Positions 1 through 9,326 of a stretch of 64,000 nt of DNA are shown piece after piece. The position numbers and the translations under genes are program-made. The stretch's first letter is position 1; every line of letters starts with the position of its first letter. This DNA comes from an uncultured archaeon (GTDB taxonomy: Archaea; Asgardarchaeota; Lokiarchaeia; Sigyniarchaeales; SOKP01): the NCBI GenBank assembly GCA_964447495.1, contig CAYUTF010000002.1:37288-101287 (forward strand), given 5' to 3'. Under the pieces are notes generated by a model. That model was not told the DNA's origin. It saw only the letters and a list, made by a program, of their open reading frames with translations, and did not search any database.

Positions 1-678
1 CAGAACCAATGATTTAAATGGTTCTAATTGAATGAGACTGTTTCTTTCATGATTAAGGCTTATTAATTTAATGGTATTGACAAAGCTTTTTTTGGTGTTT
101 TCACCAGTTATTATATTCTTCGGTGAACCATGTATTTTATAAATAGGTGCTTTTCCACTTTTTATTAACTTCTCAGGATCCGAGTATTTATTAAAATCTT
201 TTTCTGTGATTACAGGAATTATTTTTTTCTTTGGTAATTCTGATTTTAATAACGCTTGTTCGATTAGATTATCAAAATTAGTAGTTATAACATAATTACC
301 TTTCTTAAGCATTTCTGATAGAAAGAAATGAACGATATTTGGTTTATCACATTCAAGATAATAATCAACTATGTTTAAATCCTCATCAAGTATTTCACGT
401 ATTATCTCTAAAAGAACCTCAAATTTTAAATTCTCTATTTTTAATATATTATCAACTTCTGATTTTAAATTCTCTATTTTTAATATGTTATCAACTTCTG
501 AAGGAGAACATACATATTTAATTAATTCCTTCATCATATCACGAGCAATAGGTAATCTTGAAGGGGACTTAACTGAAATTCCTGCTCCTACGAGAAAAGT
601 GAGCCCTTGAGATTCATTTAATAATTGAGTAATATCTAAATCAGAAGGTTTTTTAATTGAACTCAAATAAATTCGCAC
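1..678 (-). CDS. SIR2-like (SIR2_2) domain protein, 3' end runs off the window
   Basis: Missing from the ORF track because no stop lies in the window. Hand translation from GTG at 678 gives MRIYLSSIKKP..TFLVGAGISVKSPSRLP..VITTNFDNLIE..IYKIHGSP, open to base 1. GAGxS, TTNFD and KxHGS are SIR2_2 motifs. Confidence 0.8.
   Translation of the reverse strand, partial: MRIYLSSIKKPSDLDITQLLNESQGLTFLVGAGISVKSPSRLPIARDMMKELIKYVCSPSEVDNILKIENLKSEVDNILKIENLKFEVLLEIIREILDEDLNIVDYYLECDKPNIVHFFLSEMLKKGNYVITTNFDNLIEQALLKSELPKKKIIPVITEKDFNKYSDPEKLIKSGKAPIYKIHGSPKNIITGENTKKSFVNTIKLISLNHERNSLIQLEPFKSLVL
423..500. repeat. 39-bp direct tandem duplication (2 copies, 1 mismatch) inside the SIR2-like CDS
   Basis: attttaaattctctatttttaatat(a/g)ttatcaacttctg starts at 423 and again at 462. 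It encodes SEVDNILKIENLK twice on the minus strand. Confidence 0.9.
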
Positions 679-792
679 CCTTAAAAATTATGTATTTAGA
701 TAAGAAGAGGATTTATTACTAATCTTAAATAATTTTGGTTTATAATTACAAAAAAGTTTGTTATAATAAATATCAGATCATAGGTTCTATTC

Positions 793-1611
793 CTAAAAAC
801 TGAAAAATAATTCAATTTCTTTTGTAATTTTAATGATATCTTCTACACTATACGGATCATGATCCATATTCTTAATGACAACTAATTCAAGATTAGGCAG
901 GTGATTTAGGATTTTTGCTCTTAATTCTGATAAATTTATTAACTTATCCTTATCACCCAAAATTATTTTTAAGTTTTTATAAGAGATATTACTTAAATTC
1001 TTTTCAATTTGAAATTCGTCCATGGTTAATTCCAATTTCACTTTTGAAATGAAATCTTCGACATTTTCAATACCATGAACGTTCCCTGGGAGAAATCGAT
1101 TTATATAATATAAGTTTCTCGCAAAATCGTTATTTAATACGATCTTTTCTATATTAAGGGTGGGGGATAATAGCAGAAGTTTGTTTATATAATCGGTCTG
1201 TGAGCATAATATTAGCGCGATGTAAGCCCCGAAATCATAAGCAAGAACGTTTAGTTCCGTATTATCGAAAATTAAATTTTGTTGCATGATTTTTACAAAC
1301 TCAATAACTTTTATAGCGTCTGAAACCTGATTATTAAGTGAAATTACTCCTTCACTATCTCTATACCCCCTAAAATTAAAAACTAAAAATGCATATCCAG
1401 AATCAAGAAGAAATTTATATGTCTTAACTATTTCGCTCAAAGTAAAGATTTGAGGAAATCCGGGGAAAAATATTATCAAAGGATAAGGCTTTTGATATAT
1501 CTCTGGAGGAAAGTAAAGGAGTCCACGAAAAATCTGCTCTTCGTTATGAATTTCAACAACTGACACTTCATAAGGACCATCAAATTGTTTTTCTTTAAAT
1601 TCCATGATCAT
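793..1611 (-). CDS. alpha/beta-fold hydrolase
   Basis: FPGFP oxyanion-type motif, FNFRGYRDSEG, nucleophile elbow A-Y-D-F-G, acid GDKD, and His in NMDHD. Confidence 0.75.
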   Translation of the reverse strand: MIMEFKEKQFDGPYEVSVVEIHNEEQIFRGLLYFPPEIYQKPYPLIIFFPGFPQIFTLSEIVKTYKFLLDSGYAFLVFNFRGYRDSEGVISLNNQVSDAIKVIEFVKIMQQNLIFDNTELNVLAYDFGAYIALILCSQTDYINKLLLLSPTLNIEKIVLNNDFARNLYYINRFLPGNVHGIENVEDFISKVKLELTMDEFQIEKNLSNISYKNLKIILGDKDKLINLSELRAKILNHLPNLELVVIKNMDHDPYSVEDIIKITKEIELFFSF

Positions 1612-1702
1612 TTTAATCTTATTTGATAAACAGATAACTTATTCTTTATTTATTAATTAGTTAAAAGTAAAGAAAAATTCATCATTTTTAAAGGGATAAA
1701 GT

Positions 1703-2566
1703 ATGAAATTCGAAGATTATCATACACATAATTCATTATGTCGACATGCGACTGGTACTCTTCAAGATTATCTAAATAAAGCATTAGAATATGATTTGGG
1801 CTTAATTGGCTTCAGTGATCATTTTCCGTATGATTATTTATGTGATTTTGTACCCGAATTTGAAACTATCCCTTACCAAGAATATTCTATGCGGTTATCA
1901 GAAGTTGACGGGTATATCTCTGAGCTAAAAAAGTTAAAAAAGAAACTAAAAGATAGAATTCAGATTAAAATCGGATTTGAACTCGATTATTTCGAAAATC
2001 AGGAAAAAAATACTATTAATGCTCTTAATAGTTATTTAAACGATTTAGATTATATATATGGTTCCGTTCATATATTACCTACTAAAACAGGCTTATTTGC
2101 TTTTGATGATAGTAGGTTTCTGCAGAAATATAATGAATTTGAAAATATAGATGAGATTTATTTGAAATATTATGATACTTTGCAAAAAATGATAAACTCA
2201 ACTACTTTTGTCTGTGATATTATAAGTCATTTTGATCTCCCGAAAAAATTTAATAAGCCATTTATCAATCAAGATTTAATCATGAATAAAGTTTCAGAAA
2301 CGCTTGAATTAGCTAAAAAGAAAAATTTGGTTATCGAAATTAATTCAAGCGGGTTAAGAAAAGAAGTTCACGAGCAATATCCTAGTAAGGAAATCCTTAA
2401 AATAATGTATGAATTAGATATTCCGGTAATATTAGGGTCTGATGCTCATCATCCAGATGAATTAGCATATGAGTTTAAGAGCATAATCACCTTATTAAGA
2501 GAAATTGGATATAATTATCTAGCTCATTTTGATAAAAGAAAGAGAAGCTTTATTGAAATATCATAA
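1703..2566 (+). CDS. hisJ: PHP-family histidinol-phosphatase (HisJ/HisK family)
   Basis: DYHTHNSLCRHA, GFSDHFP, IGFELDY, GSVH, SHFDLPKKF, EINSSGLRK and GSDAHHP motifs. Confidence 0.85.
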   Translation: MKFEDYHTHNSLCRHATGTLQDYLNKALEYDLGLIGFSDHFPYDYLCDFVPEFETIPYQEYSMRLSEVDGYISELKKLKKKLKDRIQIKIGFELDYFENQEKNTINALNSYLNDLDYIYGSVHILPTKTGLFAFDDSRFLQKYNEFENIDEIYLKYYDTLQKMINSTTFVCDIISHFDLPKKFNKPFINQDLIMNKVSETLELAKKKNLVIEINSSGLRKEVHEQYPSKEILKIMYELDIPVILGSDAHHPDELAYEFKSIITLLREIGYNYLAHFDKRKRSFIEIS

Positions 2567-2612
2567 TTTATTAAGAAAGAAATCTAAAATTTAATAACTA
2601 TCAGTAATATGT

Positions 2613-3443
2613 TTATTCAATTTTTCTGGAACGAAGCCATCCTTCCATTACGATACTTTTAAAGAATTTAACGTGTTTTGAGTCTTTTGTATGGATCACT
2701 AAATGATTATCTTCTGAATTTCCGATAACCGCAAATAACAACTCTTCCCCATCTCTATCCATTACGTATCTGTCTTTAGCTTCATACATTCTTATTGATA
2801 TATTATCAAGACTTTCAAATTCTTCTAACAATTCAGCGTCTTCTTCCAATCCTGGATCTATATAACAAGAAATTTTCATATTAACAGAAGACCGCACTTC
2901 ATATAATAACAAGTGTTGAAGATCTTTTATATTGGGTACAGCAATAGTGACATTGTGAAGAGCATTCATTAAAATTTCCTTCATTTTGGTCAATATTTTA
3001 CTTTTTGATATATCAATATTTGTCCAGTCAATAATTTTAGAACCTGAAGCTGCTGCTAATTGATTTCTTATTTTTTCATTTTCATTTTCCAATAATTCTA
3101 AGTCTTCATCCGCTTTTTTTAATTCTCCTTGTAAAATTTCAAGTTTCCCTTGAATATCAGCAATTTCCTTATCCTTCTCTTCAAGTTTAGACTTTTCAAC
3201 TCTCGTATCTAATAAAACTTTAATTTCTTTTCCTTTTAACTCCACCGATTTCTCTAGAGTGCTAATTTTCTCATCTTTAATTTTTAATGAGCTATCTAAT
3301 GTTTCGATTTGCTGACTTTTCAAGTTCATAGAATCTTTAATTGTCTTAATCTGATCTTCTTTAAGATTCATCGCTCGTTGTAAATTAACGATTAAATCAT
3401 CTTTAGTTTTTAGCTGTTCATCTTTAATTTCTTTATCATCCAT
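2613..3443 (-). CDS. Coiled-coil protein with a C-terminal TrmB/PLD-like alpha/beta domain
   Basis: N-terminal 14-aa periodic coiled coil. The C-terminal ~140 aa (VTIAVP..KISCYID..IRMY..RYVMDRDGEELL) resembles a PLD-like fold, by inference. Confidence 0.5.
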   Translation of the reverse strand: MDDKEIKDEQLKTKDDLIVNLQRAMNLKEDQIKTIKDSMNLKSQQIETLDSSLKIKDEKISTLEKSVELKGKEIKVLLDTRVEKSKLEEKDKEIADIQGKLEILQGELKKADEDLELLENENEKIRNQLAAASGSKIIDWTNIDISKSKILTKMKEILMNALHNVTIAVPNIKDLQHLLLYEVRSSVNMKISCYIDPGLEEDAELLEEFESLDNISIRMYEAKDRYVMDRDGEELLFAVIGNSEDNHLVIHTKDSKHVKFFKSIVMEGWLRSRKIE

Positions 3444-3688
3444 GTTTTCATTAACTTTCTTTTCATTGATTCTTTTAATAAATATAAAAAAATTCCTTTT
3501 TAATTGTTAGTTAAATAATATTGTTACTCTAATAAATATTAAAATATTTGAGTAAATTTATAATTTAAATTATAAAACTCATTTAATTATTTTTTATATA
3601 TTTGCTAAAGATTTAATTCTTTTTGCACATTAATAGAACGATTATTATTTAGAATAGTTTTAAATTTGAGTACTGTTATTATAATCTC

Positions 3689-4423
3689 ATGAGCTCAGAA
3701 CCAAATTTTAAAGATTTAGAAAACGATATTACAGAAATTCTCGAAAAAGAGATGAAAGAAAATGCGGGGATTCTTGGAATAACAATTTCTTCTCATGGAG
3801 GTACACACTTAGCTAGTAAATTTAAAAAAGATATCGCTATGAAAAGAACTGAGATTTCAGCAGCAAGTAGTAGTTTAGTATTTTTATCTTCAAAAATGTT
3901 ACAAGATGCATTAAATCAGAAAATTTCCTATAATTTGATTACTGGCAGTAAACGCATTATCCTATCAATCCTGACCGAAAATATAGCAATGATCTCATAT
4001 TTAAATCGAGAAATCGCTGAACTTGAAGGATTGGATACATATATCAACACTTTGAAAAAATTTTCCATGAAACTTTCCGCAATAATTGCAACATCAGATC
4101 TAATTAAAGAAGAGATTTTTGTTGCTATAAAGAGAGCAATTCCAAACGCTCTAGTAATAGCGATAATGACTAAAGATGGACTCCCCATTAAAATTCAATC
4201 AACGATGCCAGAACCGATACTTTCCGCCATGACATCCGCAATATATAATCTATCAAGTGTTTTATTAGAAGGTGGTTTGGAATTCTCAATAATTGGGGGT
4301 GAAAATGGATCTATCATTATCCATGAACTCGACAAAAATCGTATTATAGCAATTGCTGTACCTGAGGCGAATGAAAAAAAACTAGGAAGCTATATTGCTA
4401 AAATAAAAACTATAATCGAATAA
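3689..4423 (+). CDS. Tandem roadblock/LC7 domain protein
   Basis: Two ~120-aa units, GILGITISSHGGTHLAS..AASSSL and NALVIAIMTKDGLPI..SAMTSAI, typical of roadblock domains. Confidence 0.75.
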   Translation: MSSEPNFKDLENDITEILEKEMKENAGILGITISSHGGTHLASKFKKDIAMKRTEISAASSSLVFLSSKMLQDALNQKISYNLITGSKRIILSILTENIAMISYLNREIAELEGLDTYINTLKKFSMKLSAIIATSDLIKEEIFVAIKRAIPNALVIAIMTKDGLPIKIQSTMPEPILSAMTSAIYNLSSVLLEGGLEFSIIGGENGSIIIHELDKNRIIAIAVPEANEKKLGSYIAKIKTIIE

Positions 4424-4429
4424 GATACT

Positions 4430-5683
4430 TTAATTTCTAATTAGCTTTTCAATCTTGTCCACAACCTTTAGAGCACCAAAATAAGATTCTGCAAACGTGG
4501 TTCCATTATATAGTATTGTGCATAAAGGTTCATTCTTATAAATATCAAAATCAGGTGCTGATTTATCATGAACATAAGCCAATTTACTTATTTCATCTAA
4601 TTTGGAGCTTTTTATATCTTGAGAGGCAAATAAAATTAATTTTGTAGAAAAAGTATGGGTTTCAATAGTATCTAATCTCCTTAAGATAGTATTCCATTCA
4701 TCTTCAGAAAAAGATTGAATATGAAGATCCATTAAATTAATATTAAGTGCATTTTCTGACACCCTTAGAGAACCGGGGATTCTAGGATTAATTTCCATCA
4801 AATACGGATAATGATTTTTTAATACAAAATCAAATCCATTTATCCCTTTTAATTTTAATGTTTTAGTTAGAAAAAGAGAGATTTCTGTAATTATTTCATT
4901 ATCTATTTTAAGTAAATTTGCAGGTACAATATTTCCACAATAAGCAAACTGTTTAGGGGCATTTAGAAATTTTTCCCCAATTATTTGACGATTTATAGAG
5001 ATAACTTTAGTATTTACGCCATCAGAAATGATTGTGCAGCTTATAGGTAATCCTTGGATATATTCTTGAACTAACCATTCATTTGGTTGGAAGCCCTCAA
5101 CTCCAAGTAGCTTCATGAGAAAGAGATATTGGTCATATGTATCTATTTTATAAATATTTATACCTCCTGAACTCTTTTTCTTTTTCAAAATTAGCGGATA
5201 TTGTACATTTTGACTCTGAAAATCAAACTCATCAGCACTTATGCTAATAGGGTATTTATAGTTATATTTTTCTAATAAATTATATAATCCGTGTATATCT
5301 CGTGCTTTTTTTAATATTTCGATGTTGTTGTTCAAACTTTTTATGCCATATTTTTTATTCTTCAATTCTTGAAGAAATTGAGCTCTGTCATCAATGGCAT
5401 CATCTAATCCACTTCCAATAACGAGATTCTCTATTTTGGGATGCCTCTCTAACATTTTTAATGCGAATTTTAATAAATACTGACTATAAGAATTTTTTAA
5501 TACTTCATAATTTGCGCCAAGTTCCTTACTAATGATTAATGAATCTTTTACACAGGGAAATAAATCTACATCTCCAAAAAAATCCACAGCATATACCTTA
5601 TAACCCGCTAAATTTAAGGAAGTAGCTAATGGTCTAGTGTTAAAACCAACAACTAGTACAGAATTTTTATAATCACTCATCAA
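4430..5683 (-). CDS. ATP-grasp domain carboligase (COG2232-like)
   Basis: VLVVGFNTRPLA..AVDFFGDVDL, LKKKKSSGG, VQEYIQG, GFDFV and EINPRIPGS. Confidence 0.8.
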   Translation of the reverse strand: MMSDYKNSVLVVGFNTRPLATSLNLAGYKVYAVDFFGDVDLFPCVKDSLIISKELGANYEVLKNSYSQYLLKFALKMLERHPKIENLVIGSGLDDAIDDRAQFLQELKNKKYGIKSLNNNIEILKKARDIHGLYNLLEKYNYKYPISISADEFDFQSQNVQYPLILKKKKSSGGINIYKIDTYDQYLFLMKLLGVEGFQPNEWLVQEYIQGLPISCTIISDGVNTKVISINRQIIGEKFLNAPKQFAYCGNIVPANLLKIDNEIITEISLFLTKTLKLKGINGFDFVLKNHYPYLMEINPRIPGSLRVSENALNINLMDLHIQSFSEDEWNTILRRLDTIETHTFSTKLILFASQDIKSSKLDEISKLAYVHDKSAPDFDIYKNEPLCTILYNGTTFAESYFGALKVVDKIEKLIRN

Positions 5684-5722
5684 TCTAACAAATATTTCAA
5701 AAATTAAAACTTATTTTATATG

Positions 5723-7962
5723 TTAAAGAATCTTTTTTAACTCTAAAATTAGATTTTTGGGATTGACTCTGTCAAATTGATAAATTTCTGCTTTTCCGAA
5801 ATCTTTAAAATTCTCCTTTATCTTATTAGCAGCAAAAGTATTTACACCTAATCCTTGAGTGGCATAACTCTTTTTTGGTTCTAACACTACAAGATGAACC
5901 CCTTTTTTAGATAAAGCCTTTGTTAATTCTTTTAATTCATTGATAATCACATTATAATCACTTTGTACTTGGGCAATTAAATCAGGATATTTTACGGAAA
6001 TGTTTGCACCACAATCAGAACAAATAAAAATTACGGGGATTATATTTCTATTCTTTAATTTTTCTGCATTAATTAATTTAAGAGATTTCTTTAATGCTGC
6101 AGCCATTGGTGTATATGATTTTCCTTCAATATTTTTTACTTTATTGGCAGCATTCTTGAAATAAACCGTTGGTTTTTGAAGAACAACTGCATCTTTTCCT
6201 CGAAAAATTATCAGACTTATTTTGTCCTTCTTTCGATAACCTTCTTTTTGTAAAGATAAAATTACATCTGTCATTTGCTTTATTACATAGTACATCGAAG
6301 CAGAGCTGTCTAATACAAAAAATAAAACCAATGGTGCACGATATTCGTATATTTTGTCCATTAAATCATACTTATTGAATTTAATGGGAAAATCAATATC
6401 AGTTTGATTATATATTGTATTTTTCAAATAATTTCTGATAGTTGCATCTAATGCGATACTTTTGGGGTTATTAATTGGAGTTCGATATGATACGTACCTT
6501 CCTTTTTGTGAGGAAGAAATTTTGATTCTTCTTCCGATTCCTCTTCCACCATAGTTAGAAACTTTCCTTTCTTTTCGAATATTATCCAAAATCGAAGTCA
6601 TTTTTTTTTCCATTTTATAGATTAATGGGAGAGCATCGAAATCATAATCTAAAAAATCAAACAACTCCTCATTAAAGGGAATATCCTTTACTTTCCATCC
6701 TCCAGCCGGTGAAGGACTTCTTTTTTTATTATCATGATATTTTGGTGCCGGTAATTTCTGTTCTTTAGTTTCTGGTACATCAACCTTTTTTGGATCTATT
6801 GATTGCCGTTTAAATTCTTTCTGAGGGGCATCGTCATATTTCAGAGGACCTTCTGTGTCTTTATTCGGTTTATAGGTATTAGTATCTTCATATGCTTTCT
6901 GTATTTTTCCATATACCTCAACAATTTTAGCTTTTATCTCTTCCGGAGTCATCTCATAGTGAAGGGATTGAATACGATGTTCAAAAACTAAATCCATAGC
7001 TACATTCAAATCATCCTCAGCAACCATCTTTCTCCCGTTAAAAGCCGCATGAGCACGGGCACATCTGATAAAGGTAATATCTGCTCTTTGAGAAAAAATA
7101 CCTAATTCATTAACAAGCCTTGATACAAACTCATACACAGTAGAAGGAATTTGAACTTCTTTCATAATTTCACGAGCATTTTTTATTTTTTTCCTTAGCA
7201 TTTCCTGTTCTTCTTCATATAATTTATGAAATTCTTTTGGATTATCATCAAATTCTATAACTCGTCTTGAAATTTCTGCTCGTAATTTCGGATCACGAGG
7301 TGCTTTGATTTTAACTTCCAAACCTAGTCTGTCAGCTATCTGTGGGCGGAGTTCCCCCTTTCCGAATCCTAATTCGCTGTGAATATAGGATCTTCGGGGT
7401 TCATACTCCCGACCAAGATAAATCGCGAGGGATGAGATACAGAGATTCCTTCTCGTTCTATTATGTTAACACCTGATGCCGCTGAATCCAATAAAACATC
7501 TACGATGTGATCTTGTAATAGATTTATCTCATCTACGTAAAGAATTCCTCTGTGAGCTTTGGCAAGCAATCCAGGATGAAGACTGCGTATACCTTCTGTA
7601 AGTACTTTATCAATAGACAAAGATCCGCAGACCATATCTTCCGTAACTCCTAAAGGTAAGTCAATTATGCGCATGCTACGCCTTGCCCTTTCCATTGTTC
7701 CATCCTTAAGTTTAACACGACATTCATCACATAATTCATCAATTTCTGCGTTTGGATCACACGAAAACGTACAATCTTTCACCACTTCTATTTCAGGCAT
7801 CATTTCTGCCAAGCTTCTAACAGCCGTAGATTTTCCTGTTCCTTGTTGCCCAGTGAGTAATACTCCAGCAATTTGAGGGTCTATAACATTAAGAATTAGA
7901 CCCATTTTCATTATGTCTTGACCGAGTATTGCTGTAAATGGGAAACTATTCCTTTTTACCAT
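5723..7962 (-). CDS. Mg/Co-chelatase ChlD/ChlI-like AAA+ ATPase with C-terminal vWA domain; two exons (7962-7392, 7359-5723), 735 aa when spliced
   Basis: Walker A GQQGTGKS, Walker B LYVDEINLL, and vWA MIDAS DSSAS..T..SD. The two track ORFs join in frame (571+1637=2208 nt) and give MNPEEGELRPQIADRLGL when 7360-7391 is removed. Confidence 0.85.
7360..7391 (-). other. Putative 32-nt BHB-type mRNA intron (phase 1)
   Basis: AUCCUAUAUUCACAGCGAAUUAGGAUUCGGAA. Central helix CCGA/UCGG, bulges AG^A and AA^A, intron stems UCCU/AGGA and AUUC/GAAU. Contains an in-frame UAG. Confidence 0.8.
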
Positions 7963-8036
7963 AACTTGATGTTAAAAGTTTCATTTTTATTAAAAATTTC
8001 CCATTATAACAAAGTATTAGAGATATTATTACAAAG

Positions 8037-8432
8037 TTAGCAATTTGAATAATATTGCTTGAAGAATTTTATGATAGATAATGCTTCATAACCTTTTTTT
8101 GTTAATTCATACTTCCAAGAAATGTTTTTTTTATCAATTTTTATATAATATTCAGGGTAATCATTTCTATTAAAAAAACTGACTATCGTTCTCGGATTTT
8201 TAATATGTAGAGCATTGGCTAAGGCCTTGCTAGTTATTGATTCACCTGATTTGGACATTTTATAAATAGTTTTTAAATATTTAACAAAATTATCACTTAA
8301 TCTTTTAGGTAGTTTTAAGGGATCTTGAATTAAATTACTCTTATTTACAAATTTAAAATTTTTTTTCACCATATTTTTTTTTAAAGCTTCCCTTTGCTGA
8401 TTAAAAAGTTTTCCATTTAATAAGAGTTTCAT
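8037..8432 (-). CDS. Basic hypothetical protein with possible winged-helix C-terminus; may be a gene remnant
   Basis: ITSKALANALHIKNPRTIVSFF..WKYELTKKGYEAL is wHTH-like. The frame continues upstream to a TAA at 8478-8480. Confidence 0.45.
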   Translation of the reverse strand: MKLLLNGKLFNQQREALKKNMVKKNFKFVNKSNLIQDPLKLPKRLSDNFVKYLKTIYKMSKSGESITSKALANALHIKNPRTIVSFFNRNDYPEYYIKIDKKNISWKYELTKKGYEALSIIKFFKQYYSNC

Positions 8433-8509
8433 AGATTCCAGACCTTTACCCTCCGAATTTAATTTCCATTTTTTCGATTATTGTCTTAATTCTATAGTAT
8501 ACTTTCTTC

Positions 8510-8782
8510 TTATATAAGTAATTTCTTTAAATTATTATAAAATGCATCTGCTTCATGGAAGGCATCTTTAAAAGCCTTATTTCGCTTGTATGCTAATGCT
8601 TTCTCTATTTTAGAAGGTAATGATTCCACTTCTGCTCGATCACCAGTTAAAAATAGCCATCGTCCAAAAGTGTCAAACGATTGAGCGAACGTTCGTATTA
8701 CATCGAAAGGGATAGGAACGTCTTTCGCACGAGAAGTCTGAATGAAACTAGCAATCATGCTTCTTAAGCTCCACATCACCAT
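8510..8782 (-). CDS. Hypothetical protein
   Basis: 90-aa ORF with no recognised motif. Confidence 0.35.
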   Translation of the reverse strand: MVMWSLRSMIASFIQTSRAKDVPIPFDVIRTFAQSFDTFGRWLFLTGDRAEVESLPSKIEKALAYKRNKAFKDAFHEADAFYNNLKKLLI

Positions 8783-8864
8783 TGCGCCCCCTAAATTTTT
8801 ATTAAAAGTAGGATGGAATAGGAAAAATAAGTAGTTCTATAAACTGGTTTTGATTGTAAGAATG

Positions 8865-9044
8865 CTATGTGGGAAAAGTATCTTCGTGGAATTCATCTTC
8901 ATTTTCACCCATTTTCTCATCTTCATCATTTTTTTTATTCCAGTCCTTGTCTTCTTCTTCTGTATTGTCTTCCTCGCGATTTATACTCCTCTCATTCCAT
9001 TCATCAGTTTTAATTTTTCTTTTACCTTTATTTTTTTTCTTCAT
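8865..9044 (-). CDS. Small charged protein, 59 aa (basic N-terminus, acidic remainder)
   Basis: Hand translation: MKKKNKGKRKIKTDEWNERSINREEDNTEEEDKDWNKKNDEDEKMGENEDEFHEDTFPT. This explains the Ser/Phe-rich plus-strand shadow ORFs. Confidence 0.45.
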   Translation of the reverse strand: MKKKNKGKRKIKTDEWNERSINREEDNTEEEDKDWNKKNDEDEKMGENEDEFHEDTFPT

Positions 9045-9326
9045 GATAATATTATCTATTAAGCATTTTTTCCAGTATGTATTTCAAATTTCAATTCATA
9101 ATTTTAAATATTAGCGTTTTAAATTATAAAATCTCTAAAAATATTAATTACTCTTATTTAAAGAATGTTGTTCATATGATTTTATTTATTTTTATCTTAA
9201 CACTTAATAAAGGCAATAGATCATTCAATTCAAAATGCAAACCAATCTAAGAATTCAAACCTATAAACAAATAATTAATAGTAAGAAATGAAACGTTAAA
9301 AAAAAAGCATTTCGATAAGCTATTTT

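Noticed and set aside
8470-8520. Possible ~32-nt intron joining ORFs 8510-8782 and 8037-8432
   Set aside because: The spacing fits, but I found only short local palindromes and no intron stem or 4-bp helix linking the two ends.
8850-9114. Plus-strand Phe/Ser-rich ORFs
   Set aside because: They are shadows of the Glu/Lys-rich minus-strand ORF 8865-9044.
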